A stretch of DNA of 64,000 bases, from assembly GCA_041687695.1 (NCBI GenBank), contig JAWLBL010000019.1:64001-128000 (forward strand), given 5' to 3'. Positions 52,146-61,955 of this stretch are shown in pieces. Position 1 is the stretch's first letter. Every line of letters starts with the position of its first letter. The stretch is from Myxococcota bacterium. Its GTDB lineage: Bacteria; Myxococcota_A; UBA9042; PHBI01; JAWLBL01. Under the pieces are notes generated by a model that saw nothing but the letters and a program-made list of their open reading frames with translations, did no database searches and was not told where the DNA came from. Made by a program: the position numbers and the translations under genes.

Positions 52146-52273
52146 CTTTGACTCTGAGGAGGAACTTGTCACCCGTGACCGGAGGAGGCTACTCTCGTCG
52201 AGTAGACAAAGAAAAACCCCGGCAGGCTGCTTTGGTCGGTCGCCTACCGGGGTCAAAAGGAAAAGAAACTGAT

Positions 52274-52996
52274 ATGAAGAATACGGTCGCGCGTGTCGGC
52301 AGTCCAGCCTGCGCTTCGATTCAAAGAGACTTCAGCAAGGTGCCCTGGACCACGACGTTGATCCCTGAGGACCTGCTCGACTGGGCCGATGAGGACAAGG
52401 CCCGTGTTACAGCGTTCGCATTGGCCGCGCTGCTGTACTGTTCGAGTCGGGGCGGCGAGGTCACGAGATGCGTCGCGACGTCGGCCGAACTGCTAGGGAT
52501 CAGCAAGGCGACCAGTTGGCGAGCGGTCTCAATGCTCAAGGAGATCGGCATCGCTCGCGACGAGACCGGGACGTGGCACGGGATGCGCGTGCCCACTCGA
52601 GAATCCATCAGCGGCTGGCTGGCCATCCCGAGTGAGATCGTCGTCGACCCTCGCCGCAAGCCCATCGATATCATCTGGCTCGCGCGCTTGCTCCGCTTGT
52701 GCGAGCAGGAGAGCCAGGCAGCTGGGGGAGAGGACCGCCGCGAAATGGTTCACCCGCGCGCATGGGTCCTGAGGTCGCAGTACGCCGTCGCGACCAAGCT
52801 GGGCACCTCAAGGAACACCACCCACAAGGCGATCCAGAGGCTGGCCGAACTCGGCTACGTGGACGTGCGCGGACAGGGGGTGAACGTACAGCCCCACATG
52901 CCCCGGCAGCTCGGGCTCGTCGGTGGGATCGTCCAGGCCCTGCGCGGTCAGGCCGACGTTGTCCGGCTTGAGGATTGGCGGCGGCATGAGTCGTAA
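52274..52996 (+). CDS. Double winged-HTH protein, putative replication initiator
   Basis: Two HTH motifs, SAELLGISKATSWRAVSMLKEIG and SQYAVATKLGTSRNTTHKAIQRLAELGYV; immediately downstream of the iterons. Confidence 0.65.
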   Translation: MKNTVARVGSPACASIQRDFSKVPWTTTLIPEDLLDWADEDKARVTAFALAALLYCSSRGGEVTRCVATSAELLGISKATSWRAVSMLKEIGIARDETGTWHGMRVPTRESISGWLAIPSEIVVDPRRKPIDIIWLARLLRLCEQESQAAGGEDRREMVHPRAWVLRSQYAVATKLGTSRNTTHKAIQRLAELGYVDVRGQGVNVQPHMPRQLGLVGGIVQALRGQADVVRLEDWRRHES

Positions 52997-53019
52997 GAAG
53001 TGCAATCGATTGCGCGAGT

Positions 53020-53328
53020 TTGATCGGGGATGATGAGTGCATCCGGTATCGGGAAACCCCACACCGGAGGCCTCCCGTGGACGACGTCAATCGCACCCGC
53101 ATGCGCGCGCTGATCGACCTTTGGAAGCGCAGCCGCGCACGCAGAAACCCAAAGCAACTCCGAGTGCTGATGCTCATGAAGAGGACCGGTGTACGCTGTC
53201 GCAAGTGCCGAAAGGAGATCCCTGTCGGGGACCGGGTGTTGTGGGATCCACGCGACAAGTCGTGTGAACATGAGCTCTGCCCAAATGTGATTGACTTCGT
53301 GGCCTGGCGAGAGGAACGGAATAGATAA
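53020..53328 (+). CDS. Small zinc-ribbon protein
   Basis: CRKC...IPVGDRVLW...HELC. Confidence 0.5.
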   Translation: MIGDDECIRYRETPHRRPPVDDVNRTRMRALIDLWKRSRARRNPKQLRVLMLMKRTGVRCRKCRKEIPVGDRVLWDPRDKSCEHELCPNVIDFVAWREERNR

Positions 53329-53548
53329 CCGCTCGAAAGCTGCGTATCTGTTGACGACTACGCCATCCGCCTGCGATCATTAGTCGTCGACTTCGGTCAT
53401 TGGGGATGCGTTAGTCCATGAGGTGGCGTATGGCGTGGGTGTTGGCTTGGCTTTGCTTGACCTGCGCGCCGCCTGGTATGGCCGACGTCGACCAGCAGCT
53501 TCGCAGCATCGAGTCACGGCTCGAGCTGCTCGCTCAGGAACTCGGGCG

Positions 53549-54052
53549 ATGAGCAGCAAGTGGTGCAGCGGAGCCTGTGGTGAGCTACTCCCGCACTCCC
53601 ATTTTGCGCGGGACAAGAGTAAGAAGGATGGCCTGTCGTCCCGGTGCCGGGCCTGCGCCAAGGCAGCGACCAAGGCCTGGACCCAGGCAAACCCAAAGCG
53701 AGCCGCCGCAGCCAAGCGTCGGGCCTACGAGCGCGGCAAGAAGCACGTGGTCTATCGGCTGACCCACGTCCCGACCGGCCAGTACTATGTGGGCTCGACG
53801 CACCAGCCCACCTCGCGCGAGCAGAGCCACCGCTACGCGCTACGAACCGCCACTCACTGGAACCCTGGCGTGCTGGCCATCATCGCCCGAGAGGGCTACC
53901 ACGCGGACGACTGGACGTTTGAGGTGGTCGCGGTGGGATCGTCGGCGGAGGAGGTCCGGAGGCTGGAGACGCAGGTCATTCAGGACCTGGAGCACGACTC
54001 CTTGGTCTTGAATCGGATGGCTGGTGGCGGCCCGATGGCGAGAGCCCACTGA
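53549..54052 (+). CDS. GIY-YIG nuclease with N-terminal zinc finger (free-standing homing-endonuclease-like)
   Basis: KWCSGACGE...KDGLSSRCRAC; VVYRLTHVPTGQYYVGST...REQSH; FEVV...LE...LN. Confidence 0.75.
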   Translation: MSSKWCSGACGELLPHSHFARDKSKKDGLSSRCRACAKAATKAWTQANPKRAAAAKRRAYERGKKHVVYRLTHVPTGQYYVGSTHQPTSREQSHRYALRTATHWNPGVLAIIAREGYHADDWTFEVVAVGSSAEEVRRLETQVIQDLEHDSLVLNRMAGGGPMARAH

Positions 54053-54098
54053 TGGTGCGCTCGGACGTCAGTCTCCCTCGGGCTGCGGCAATACGGCC

Positions 54099-54731
54099 AT
54101 GAGCGCGTTCGAGGCGCAGGTCTCATGGCAGGCGTACAGGACATGGGGGGCTGTCGACCCACAGGTCTGGTGGCCATCCACCGCTCGGTCGTCGGATGCC
54201 GAGCTTGAGCGCCTCGGCTGGGCGATGTCACGTGTGACGCTGCGACATCGTGCAGCCCTAGCGCCGCTCCCGCAGGCGGCGATCGCGCGCGAACTGGGCG
54301 TCAGTCAGCCGACGGTCTGCGCGCGTCGTCGGGTGACCTTGGCCGGCCTGAGGAAGCTCCTAAGCTACCGGGGCGACCCAGACCGCGATGCCGCCATCGT
54401 GGTCGAGATGGCGAGGGGCGAGGATCTGGTGACCAGGCTGGCGGTCAGGACATGGGCCGCGACTGGTCGTCGTGCTCCAGTCGCAGGGGTGCTCGACGAG
54501 GCCTACACACCCGACCATCGACGCGCGAGCGAGGCCTTGGTCGAGTGGCTGGCGGACCACGCCTCGAACGCGACGGTTCGTCGTCTTGCGGGAGTGCATT
54601 TGCCGGCAGGTCCGGTGCTCATCGTGGGGCCTGACGTGGATGCATGGTCTCGATGGGATGCGGCCCGGAGTACGGCAGCCGAGCGACTCCTGGCGTGGAG
54701 GTCCATGGCCGAGGACAGCAGGGCGGCATGA
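54099..54731 (+). CDS. HTH protein with sigma70 region-4-like motif
   Basis: LPQAAIARELGVSQPTVCARRRVTLAGLRKLL; lies just upstream of the packaging genes. Confidence 0.55.
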   Translation: MSAFEAQVSWQAYRTWGAVDPQVWWPSTARSSDAELERLGWAMSRVTLRHRAALAPLPQAAIARELGVSQPTVCARRRVTLAGLRKLLSYRGDPDRDAAIVVEMARGEDLVTRLAVRTWAATGRRAPVAGVLDEAYTPDHRRASEALVEWLADHASNATVRRLAGVHLPAGPVLIVGPDVDAWSRWDAARSTAAERLLAWRSMAEDSRAA

Positions 54732-55084
54732 GGCGGGGCACGAACGCATGCGGCACGGGATTGATTAGCCGTCCTCCAGCGGAGGCGACCATGGAGCTGG
54801 ACAGGGTCAAGCGCGAAACAGTCGAACACGTACCGCTGCTAGTGGTCATGGTGCGCTCGGTGCTGCGCCTTGGTGACTGGTTCCGGTGTTTGCCCACTAG
54901 AGCGAGCAAGGCGAGGAGGCCCAGGAAGACGGGCTGTCGCCATGGTGGTGCCTCAGGGTGAGGCAGGGGAGGGCGGACACCCCCCCGTTTGGGTCTCATG
55001 GTGAGACACCGAGCCCGGCCTCTCTCCCCTCCGATTTAGCGGCGGATCCGAAGAAAAAATCCTGAACCGGAAAACGAGCCCGGG

Positions 55085-55555
55085 ATGAGCAAGGGTCAGA
55101 GCAAGATGGAGACCGCGCGAGCGATGGCTGATCGTGGCCTGTCCAGGGCATCTGCGCCTCCAGAAGCCGACGAGACGGTCGACCTGCTGCTCGAGCACAT
55201 CTCGCGGGGGATCGACAAGCGGACGAGCGCGGGGAAGGCGCAGCTCGCGTTGCTGCGTCAGGTGCGGGAGCGGGGGATCTCGCTGCGCCAGCTGCAGGCC
55301 TGGGAAGTGAGCCGAATGTTCGAGCTGGAGAAGCAGTTCCGCGACGAGAAGATCGAAGCCGGCAAGATGCACGTCCAGGTGGCGAAGATCATCGAGTCGC
55401 TTCGGAAGCTGGCGGAGGCGGATCAGGAGCCCGACGAGACCGTCCCGGGCAACATCGAGATCACGGTGACGCTGGACCCGTCGCTGAGGGATGACGGCCC
55501 CGGCGACACCATCTCGGTGGCGAGCCCGAGAGGCGAAGGACTGGCGAGCGAGTAG
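55085..55555 (+). CDS. Putative terminase small subunit
   Basis: Position directly before terL; helical coiled-coil core with a C-terminal beta-strand IEITVTLD. Confidence 0.5.
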   Translation: MSKGQSKMETARAMADRGLSRASAPPEADETVDLLLEHISRGIDKRTSAGKAQLALLRQVRERGISLRQLQAWEVSRMFELEKQFRDEKIEAGKMHVQVAKIIESLRKLAEADQEPDETVPGNIEITVTLDPSLRDDGPGDTISVASPRGEGLASE

Positions 55556-55602
55556 GCCCTTGGACGGGGCCGGGTGAACCGGTGGGGTCGGGAAGACCCT
55601 GG

Positions 55603-57075
55603 TTGGCGCAGCGGAGACGAAAGCGAGCGGACCTTCGGCATTTCAACGCCGACACGCTCCAGTGCGACTTCGTCCGGATCTTCTGGGGCGACAAGGCCGA
55701 GAAGGCGCGTCAGCAGGTCCGCTTCGTGGTCGCGAGCGGGCGCCGGTACCAGCTTGCGTTGTGCGGGCGCGGGTTCGGGAAGAGCTGGTGTCTGGCGCTG
55801 AAGTGTCTCTGGCTCGCGCTGATCAACCCGGGCGTCGACGGCGCCATCCTCGGCCGGACCTATCAGGAGGCGAAGTCCGGGCCGCTCCTGACCAACCTGC
55901 TCGCGCACCTTGAGACGTTCGCGCAGGTGACGGGAATCGACCTCGTCGCCTCGTTCAACAAGGGCGAGAAGTGCCTGACCCTCACCAACGGGTCTCGAAT
56001 CCACATCCGTGGGTTCGAGACGATGGCAAAGCTCCGCTCGCTGTCGCTGGGGTGGGCGGTGGCCGACGAGCTCGACTGGAGCCAGTCGGTTGCGGCCGAC
56101 GTATTCGACTCGCTCCAGAAGCTGATTCGCGAGCCCTGCCCGATGCCCTGCCTGGCCCTCGGGACCTCCCCGGCCGGGATCTCTGGCATCGGCGGCCTGT
56201 TCCTCTCGCGCCTTAACGGGAATGACCCGGTCGAGGCAGCGCGCTACTTCGTGATCACCGGGACCGCCGAGGACAACCCGCACCTGGCCGGGACCGACTA
56301 CCTCGACACGATCCGACGCGGCAGCTCCAAGCGGAGCTGGATGCAAGAGGGCCTGGGGCAGGTCCTGACCGCGTCCGAGGCCGTCTTCCCCGAGTTCGAC
56401 TTGGCGAAGCACCGCATCCCGTGGACCTGGGACAAGTCGCTGGACTACCTGGTCGGGGTCGACTGGGGGACCTCGGCCGCGTCGGCGCTCTTCGTCCAGG
56501 TGCAGAAGGACGGGACGTGGATCGTGGCCGACGAGATTCGGGCGGTCGAGGGCTCGTATCAGCAGTTCCGTGACGCGCTGAGCCGCAAGGTCCGGTCCAT
56601 CGGGTACCTCCCGAGCTTGCTGGCGGCGGACAAGGCCGTGAAGTCGGAGAACGCCTGGGCGCGCGAGCACTTCACCGCGAAGTGCTGGGTGGCGACGCTG
56701 GACGGCGGTGCCGAGCAAGAGCTGGTCTACGGGCTCGAGTGCCTGCGGGCGCTGCTTGACCCAGCAGCGGACGACGAGCCGCCGCGTCTCCTGTTCGCCG
56801 ACTCCCTGGCCTACGACCCGCATGATCCGAACCCCGGAATCGTGGGCTCCCTCCTGTCCTACTCGTACATGAGGGGGCGGAATGGGGTGCTGACGAACAT
56901 CCCGATCAAGTCAGCGACCGACCCGTACAAGCACGCGGTTGACGCGCTCCGTTACCCGATCGTCGCGACGGCGAAGAAGCCTCAGTTCCACGGCGGACGC
57001 GCGCTGCCCTTTGCGGCGGCGGCGTCCCGTATCGACTTCAAGGCGTCCTACGAGCCCAAGGAGTTCGCTGCATGA
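55603..57075 (+). CDS. Terminase large subunit
   Basis: Walker A CGRGFGKS, Walker B WAVADE, nuclease motifs VGVDWG and KHAVDALRY; TTG at 55603 chosen as start from the conserved leader motif. Confidence 0.9.
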   Translation: MAQRRRKRADLRHFNADTLQCDFVRIFWGDKAEKARQQVRFVVASGRRYQLALCGRGFGKSWCLALKCLWLALINPGVDGAILGRTYQEAKSGPLLTNLLAHLETFAQVTGIDLVASFNKGEKCLTLTNGSRIHIRGFETMAKLRSLSLGWAVADELDWSQSVAADVFDSLQKLIREPCPMPCLALGTSPAGISGIGGLFLSRLNGNDPVEAARYFVITGTAEDNPHLAGTDYLDTIRRGSSKRSWMQEGLGQVLTASEAVFPEFDLAKHRIPWTWDKSLDYLVGVDWGTSAASALFVQVQKDGTWIVADEIRAVEGSYQQFRDALSRKVRSIGYLPSLLAADKAVKSENAWAREHFTAKCWVATLDGGAEQELVYGLECLRALLDPAADDEPPRLLFADSLAYDPHDPNPGIVGSLLSYSYMRGRNGVLTNIPIKSATDPYKHAVDALRYPIVATAKKPQFHGGRALPFAAAASRIDFKASYEPKEFAA

Positions 57076-58550
57076 ACCTCATCGGCAACCTGTTCCGGCG
57101 CCTGACGAGGGTCCGCCGCTACGAGATCGATTCCCGCGACCGGGGGGCGCACCGGTCCAACAGCCTCCGTCTCGAGGCGTTCAGGGCCGGCGACTTCGCG
57201 ACCGCCATGGATGGCGTTTTGGAGGCCATCTTCAGCGACACGGACGGGCTGCAGCCGAGGTACGCGCCGCTGATCCAGCGCATCGCGTCCGACGGGGCGA
57301 GTCAGTACGTGCGTGCGCCGCGCCGGCGGTTCGACGGGGTGTCGCCGACGCAGGCTGAGAAGCTGGCGAGCGTGTACCGCGCTTCGCGGGTCGACCGCGT
57401 CCTGTTGAAGGGGCAGCAGAAGAGCGTCCCGCAGAACGCCGTGCTCATCACGGCGGACCCGACGCCCGACTTGGACCGCCTGCAGCTCCAGTCGTGGGTG
57501 CCCGGCGAGGTGCTCGACATCGTGATGCCGAACGCGCTCGAGACCGACATCCGTCGGGCTGTTCGGGTGGAACTCGAGTGCCCGGTCGCGAAGGATGCGA
57601 AGGGCAACCTGGTGATCGGGAAGCGGGTCTACACGCCCACGGAGGCCTACACGGAGCATCCGAGCGGGGAGGGGGAGCCGCTTCGGGTCGGCATCTTCCG
57701 GCCCGACCTGACCCACCCGTTCAGGTCCGTCCCGATCGTGTTGGTGCGGCTGGAGGAACCGCGTCGCGGTGAAGTCCTGCCGGCGTTGCGTCTGGACCTG
57801 TTGGCGTTGAACGAAGCCTTGTGCGCGGCGCTGTCGGATCAAGAGTTCATCGCTCGGACCCAGTCGGCGGGCGAGCGCATCCTGACCGGGCCGGGCGCCA
57901 TGCAGGCGGTGACAGCGCTCTATGACGCGCAGAACAACCCCGAGCTGGCCGATGTGGGGAGCGCGTTGGCCGCCGACGCCATCAAGGCGTTTGACGGCGA
58001 GGACCTCGAATACAAGGTGGTCAACTCGAACCCGGACCTCGAGGGCTACCGAACCACGGTCGGTTCGATGGTGGAGCTGGTCGCCCGGTACGGGTACGCG
58101 CAGCCCGAGGGGTTGCTCGGCAGCACTGGCATCACGGGCGCGGCGAAGGAGGCCGAACGTCTCGAGGTGGTCGAACACCAGCGCCGGATGGAGGGGATCT
58201 GGCGCGACGCCGAACAGGACCTCCTGACGCTGATCGTCCAGGTGCTGAACGCGGGGCAGGTGGCGTTGCGGCTGCCCGAGTCCGCGACCGTGGAGGTGGA
58301 TCACCTGTATGTGGCCCCGAGGGCGAACGACCTGCAGACCGCGCAGGCCCGAGAGATCGATCACGCGCGCGGCCACTCGTCGGAGATCGAAGACGTGGCG
58401 CGCGCCGAGGGCCTGACGCTGGAAGAGGCCGAGCGGCTCATTCGGTGGCGGCTGCAGAAGCGGCGGGAGCTACTCGAGCTTGCGGGTCCGCAGACCCCGC
58501 AGGGGCTGAACCGCGTGGCCGACCTGAGCGCGAAACAGCTGCCCGGGTAG
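57072..58550 (+). CDS. Putative portal protein
   Basis: 492 aa directly after terL (ATGA overlap); TGAAKE...WRDAEQDLLTLI portal-like segment. Confidence 0.7.
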   Translation: MNLIGNLFRRLTRVRRYEIDSRDRGAHRSNSLRLEAFRAGDFATAMDGVLEAIFSDTDGLQPRYAPLIQRIASDGASQYVRAPRRRFDGVSPTQAEKLASVYRASRVDRVLLKGQQKSVPQNAVLITADPTPDLDRLQLQSWVPGEVLDIVMPNALETDIRRAVRVELECPVAKDAKGNLVIGKRVYTPTEAYTEHPSGEGEPLRVGIFRPDLTHPFRSVPIVLVRLEEPRRGEVLPALRLDLLALNEALCAALSDQEFIARTQSAGERILTGPGAMQAVTALYDAQNNPELADVGSALAADAIKAFDGEDLEYKVVNSNPDLEGYRTTVGSMVELVARYGYAQPEGLLGSTGITGAAKEAERLEVVEHQRRMEGIWRDAEQDLLTLIVQVLNAGQVALRLPESATVEVDHLYVAPRANDLQTAQAREIDHARGHSSEIEDVARAEGLTLEEAERLIRWRLQKRRELLELAGPQTPQGLNRVADLSAKQLPG

Positions 58551-58598
58551 CGGCACCGATCCTATCGGACCACCCATGGTGAACCGGTGGAGGGTCTC

Positions 58599-59144
58599 AT
58601 GTCAGGAGCCAACCAGAACACGAACACGGCGCCCGCTCAGCAGGGCGGGGCCGACCAGTCAGGGAGCCCGGGGGCGGGGTCGGGCGCGTCTCACCAGACC
58701 CCACCGGCGTCCGAGCCCCACGTCCAGCCCCCGGGCTCGCCTGCCTCGGCCGAGAAGCCGAAGCAGGAGACCAAGCCCAAGGACGGTGGGGAGGCGCCCG
58801 CGAAGGGCGATGGCGCCGAGGCGGCGACGGCGCAGCCGCAGGGCGACGACGAGACGGCGAAGCGGCTGGCCGCGTTGGAGGCGGCCAACCAGGAACAGGC
58901 CAAGACGCTGGAAGCGGCGAAGCAGGCGATGCGGGACACGGTGCTCGAGGGGCTGGGCATCCTCCCGACGTATCGGAGCTTCGTCCCCGAGTTCGACCCC
59001 TTCAGCGAGAAGGGGAAGCGGGCGGCGGAGGAGTGGGCGGGCAAGCACCCCGAGGTGCGCCGGCCTCAGCAGAACCAGGCGCCGGCTCGGAAGGAGCGCG
59101 ACCCGGCGAAGGCCAAGAACAAGCTCTTCGGACGCAGAGGCTGA
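58599..59144 (+). CDS. Putative capsid scaffold protein
   Basis: Disordered acidic N-terminus, coiled coil, W..KHPE motif; lies between portal and capsid. Confidence 0.6.
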   Translation: MSGANQNTNTAPAQQGGADQSGSPGAGSGASHQTPPASEPHVQPPGSPASAEKPKQETKPKDGGEAPAKGDGAEAATAQPQGDDETAKRLAALEAANQEQAKTLEAAKQAMRDTVLEGLGILPTYRSFVPEFDPFSEKGKRAAEEWAGKHPEVRRPQQNQAPARKERDPAKAKNKLFGRRG

Positions 59145-59146
59145 CG

Positions 59147-59512
59147 ATGGCGGACGTGAAGCAGGACAAGGCGGCGAAGGCCGAGATGGCGCCGTCGGAG
59201 CGCACCAAGCGGTGGATCGAGTCGCGGAAGAAGGGGAGCGTGGCCGACGTGCTCGGCACGACCCCGGGATACCGCTACTACGTGGTCGACCCGAACGGTC
59301 GCAAGCCGGGGCCGCTGACCGCGCTCCGCTCGCGCCTGTACGAGAAGGGCTACGAGCTGTGCTCCAAGGTGGGGGACACCGCCTACTCGCCGACGGTGCC
59401 GGGCGGGGAGGTCTGGCGCATCTCCGAGGCCGACTACAAGGCGCTGTTCGCGGACCGGAAGGACCGTGACGACGCCGCGCGACGCGCCGCCGAGGCGCCG
59501 ACCGAAGCCTGA
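59147..59512 (+). CDS. Hypothetical head-region protein
   Basis: ATG 2 nt after the scaffold stop; GC3-biased codons. Confidence 0.6.
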   Translation: MADVKQDKAAKAEMAPSERTKRWIESRKKGSVADVLGTTPGYRYYVVDPNGRKPGPLTALRSRLYEKGYELCSKVGDTAYSPTVPGGEVWRISEADYKALFADRKDRDDAARRAAEAPTEA

Positions 59513-59586
59513 CCCGAAGGGGTCGCTCCCTCTGGACGGGGAGTCGTCGAGAACCAGGTGGGGTCATTCGTTAGGAGTGACCCAAA

Positions 59587-60471
59587 GTGCCGACCAACAA
59601 CGATTTCTCGCACCTCCTGGAGACCGTCGTCGAGATGGTGGAGGACGGACTCGACGCAACTCGCCTCGAGTTCGAGGACATCTGCCAGATCAAGACGGTC
59701 GACTCCCCGACCCTGCAGCTCTCGGACCTCTACGGCGTCGGGCACTACTCGACGACCGTCGCCAGCCCGAACGCCGACGCGATGTCGTCGTCGAGCAAGG
59801 TCCTGTCGAGCGTGTCCCGCGAGAAGAAGCTGATCTTCTTCCGCAAGGACGTGCGCGACCGTCCGGACCTGCCGCAGCACCTGGCGAAGCAGGTGATCCA
59901 GGCGGCGACGAGCACGGTCCGCAACCTGTTCTGGGCGGGCTTCGCCGGTCTCCCGACGCTGGCCCACCCCGACGAGGCCTACGCGGGCGCGGGCAAGTAC
60001 TTCGTCGACTCGTTCAGCGAGACGGTCACGCAGTCGAACAAGCTCACCGTGAGCCTGTCGGCGGACAGCCTCGCGCTCGCGCGGACGCGCCTCCGCGCCT
60101 ACAAGAACAAGAAGGGCCTGCCGCTCTCGCTGGACGTGTCGTCCAGCAACCTGGCGCTGGTCGTCCCGTCGACGATGCTGACGGAGGCGATGGACCTGGT
60201 CGCGGTGCGCGAGCCGACCTACGACGGCACCGGGCTGACCACCGGCACCTTCCACGGGATGCAGGTGATCGACTCGCCGTACCTGTCGGACAGCGACGAC
60301 TTCGGCGTGATCCACAAGCCGACGACCCCGCTGATCATGTGGATGCGGAAGGCGCCCGACCTGCGGATCGAGCCGATCCCGGGCACCAACACCGTCTCGC
60401 TCATCAGCGAGATGGAGTGCGTGTTCGGCGTCGACCCGTTCGAGGCCGGCATCGTCATGTCCGTGGTCTGA
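59587..60471 (+). CDS. Major capsid protein (Mu gpT-like)
   Basis: AGGAG RBS; LSADSLALARTRLRAYKNKKGLPL...LVVPSTM...VIDSPYLSD resembles the Mu-like gpT C-terminal half. Confidence 0.65.
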   Translation: MPTNNDFSHLLETVVEMVEDGLDATRLEFEDICQIKTVDSPTLQLSDLYGVGHYSTTVASPNADAMSSSSKVLSSVSREKKLIFFRKDVRDRPDLPQHLAKQVIQAATSTVRNLFWAGFAGLPTLAHPDEAYAGAGKYFVDSFSETVTQSNKLTVSLSADSLALARTRLRAYKNKKGLPLSLDVSSSNLALVVPSTMLTEAMDLVAVREPTYDGTGLTTGTFHGMQVIDSPYLSDSDDFGVIHKPTTPLIMWMRKAPDLRIEPIPGTNTVSLISEMECVFGVDPFEAGIVMSVV

Positions 60472-60492
60472 GCGAGCGCAGGGGCGGCCACG

Positions 60493-61065
60493 GTGATCGG
60501 GATACACTACAGCTGGGCCAAGTCCATCACGGACGACGAGCGCCGGTTCACGATCCCGCTCTCCGTGGCCACGTCCTGGCTCGCGAAGTCCATCCGGGCG
60601 CGCGTGTCCAACCGGGGCGAGACGGCCGACGGCGGCCAGTTCTCGCCCCTGGTTGCTCGCAGCCGGACCAAGCCGACCCGGAAGGTCCGGCGGTTCTACA
60701 AGTCGGGCGAGCTGTGGCGGAGCCTGCACGTTCACGCCACGCAGCCCGGCCGCGTTCGGGTCATGTTCCGGGGGAAGCGGACCCAGCGCGGGAAGTCGGC
60801 GCTGACGAACCCTCAGCTCGCCTGGTTGCTGCAGCGGCCGGAGCGAGCCGAGCTACTGGCCCCCAGCCGGCGCGAGGAAGCGCAGTTCGTTGAGCACCTG
60901 GCGACCCTGGCGCCGGGCCAGTGGCTGGACCGGACGGCGAAGATGGCCGGGGACTTCCGGCAGCGGCAGCAAGATGACCGGGCCGCTCGGGCGGTCGCGA
61001 AGGCGCAGAAGCTGCGGGCGCAGCTGCGGGCGCTCGGGGTGGAGATCGTAGGGGAGGCGGCGTGA
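60493..61065 (+). CDS. Putative virion morphogenesis/neck protein
   Basis: Basic protein after the capsid gene; G.TADG.QFSPL...FYKSGELWRSL pattern. Confidence 0.5.
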   Translation: MIGIHYSWAKSITDDERRFTIPLSVATSWLAKSIRARVSNRGETADGGQFSPLVARSRTKPTRKVRRFYKSGELWRSLHVHATQPGRVRVMFRGKRTQRGKSALTNPQLAWLLQRPERAELLAPSRREEAQFVEHLATLAPGQWLDRTAKMAGDFRQRQQDDRAARAVAKAQKLRAQLRALGVEIVGEAA

Positions 61066-61955
61066 TGGCGGTGGAGCTGCTTCAGTCGCGAGACTGCCCG
61101 GTCAGCTACGTGCCGACGGTCCGCCCGGCTTCGGCCGAGCTCGTCCTGGTCGACGACTCCGGCGCGGAGGTCGCCAGCCCGGCCGTCACCGTCGACGCGA
61201 TCGGGGCTGGGGGGACCGCCACGATCGCCAGCCTGACCAACCAGGCGACGTTCGAGGTCGACGACGCCACGAACATCCGGCCGGGTCAGCGGCTCTGGCT
61301 GCAGCCTCAGAGCGGGTCCGGGAGCGTGGTGAAGGTGTCGACGGTCAGCGGAACGACCGTCACTGTGGACGGGGCGCCGGCCGCGACGGTCCTCGAGGGG
61401 GACACGCTGCACGGAGCGACGCTCCGCGCGACCGTCTCCGCTTCCGCGCTGGGGATGCGGGGCCTGCACTGGTCGCTTCGGTGGACGATCACGGACGCGG
61501 ACGGACGGGTTACGGTTGAGCAAGAGACCGCGCACGTCGTCCGCCAGCGGTTCCGCGACGCCTGCACGCCCGACGAGGTGTCGCGCTACGTGGGGCAGCT
61601 CTTCCCGGGGATGACGAGGGGCAGGGACGCCGGGTGGTACGCCGACCTGGCCGAGCGCGCGTCAGACCGGGTGCGTCGCTTGCTGCAGGCGAAGGGGTGC
61701 TACCCGCACCTGGCGGGCGACCCGCTGGCGTTCCGTGAGGCGGGGCGCCTGGCGCTGTTGGCGGAGCTGGCGCTGCAGGGGCAGCGGGCGCCGGGGTACC
61801 AAGGGGTCGCGCTCGAGGACATCGACAAGGCGGCGCGGCGCGCGGTCTACGAGGCGGCTGACGGGCTCCAGTGGCACGACCGCAACGACGACGGGGCGGT
61901 CCAGGCGTCGGAGGTCGCGAAGCCGGTGGCCCGGGTGGTGAGGCTGCGACGATGA
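61065..61955 (+). CDS. Putative head-tail connector protein
   Basis: Position; beta-rich N-half and helical C-half. Confidence 0.5.
   Translation: MAVELLQSRDCPVSYVPTVRPASAELVLVDDSGAEVASPAVTVDAIGAGGTATIASLTNQATFEVDDATNIRPGQRLWLQPQSGSGSVVKVSTVSGTTVTVDGAPAATVLEGDTLHGATLRATVSASALGMRGLHWSLRWTITDADGRVTVEQETAHVVRQRFRDACTPDEVSRYVGQLFPGMTRGRDAGWYADLAERASDRVRRLLQAKGCYPHLAGDPLAFREAGRLALLAELALQGQRAPGYQGVALEDIDKAARRAVYEAADGLQWHDRNDDGAVQASEVAKPVARVVRLRR

Noticed and set aside
53549..54052. GIY-YIG gene as part of a group I intron
   Set aside because: No interrupted gene flanks it and no intron core was recognisable; treated as free-standing.
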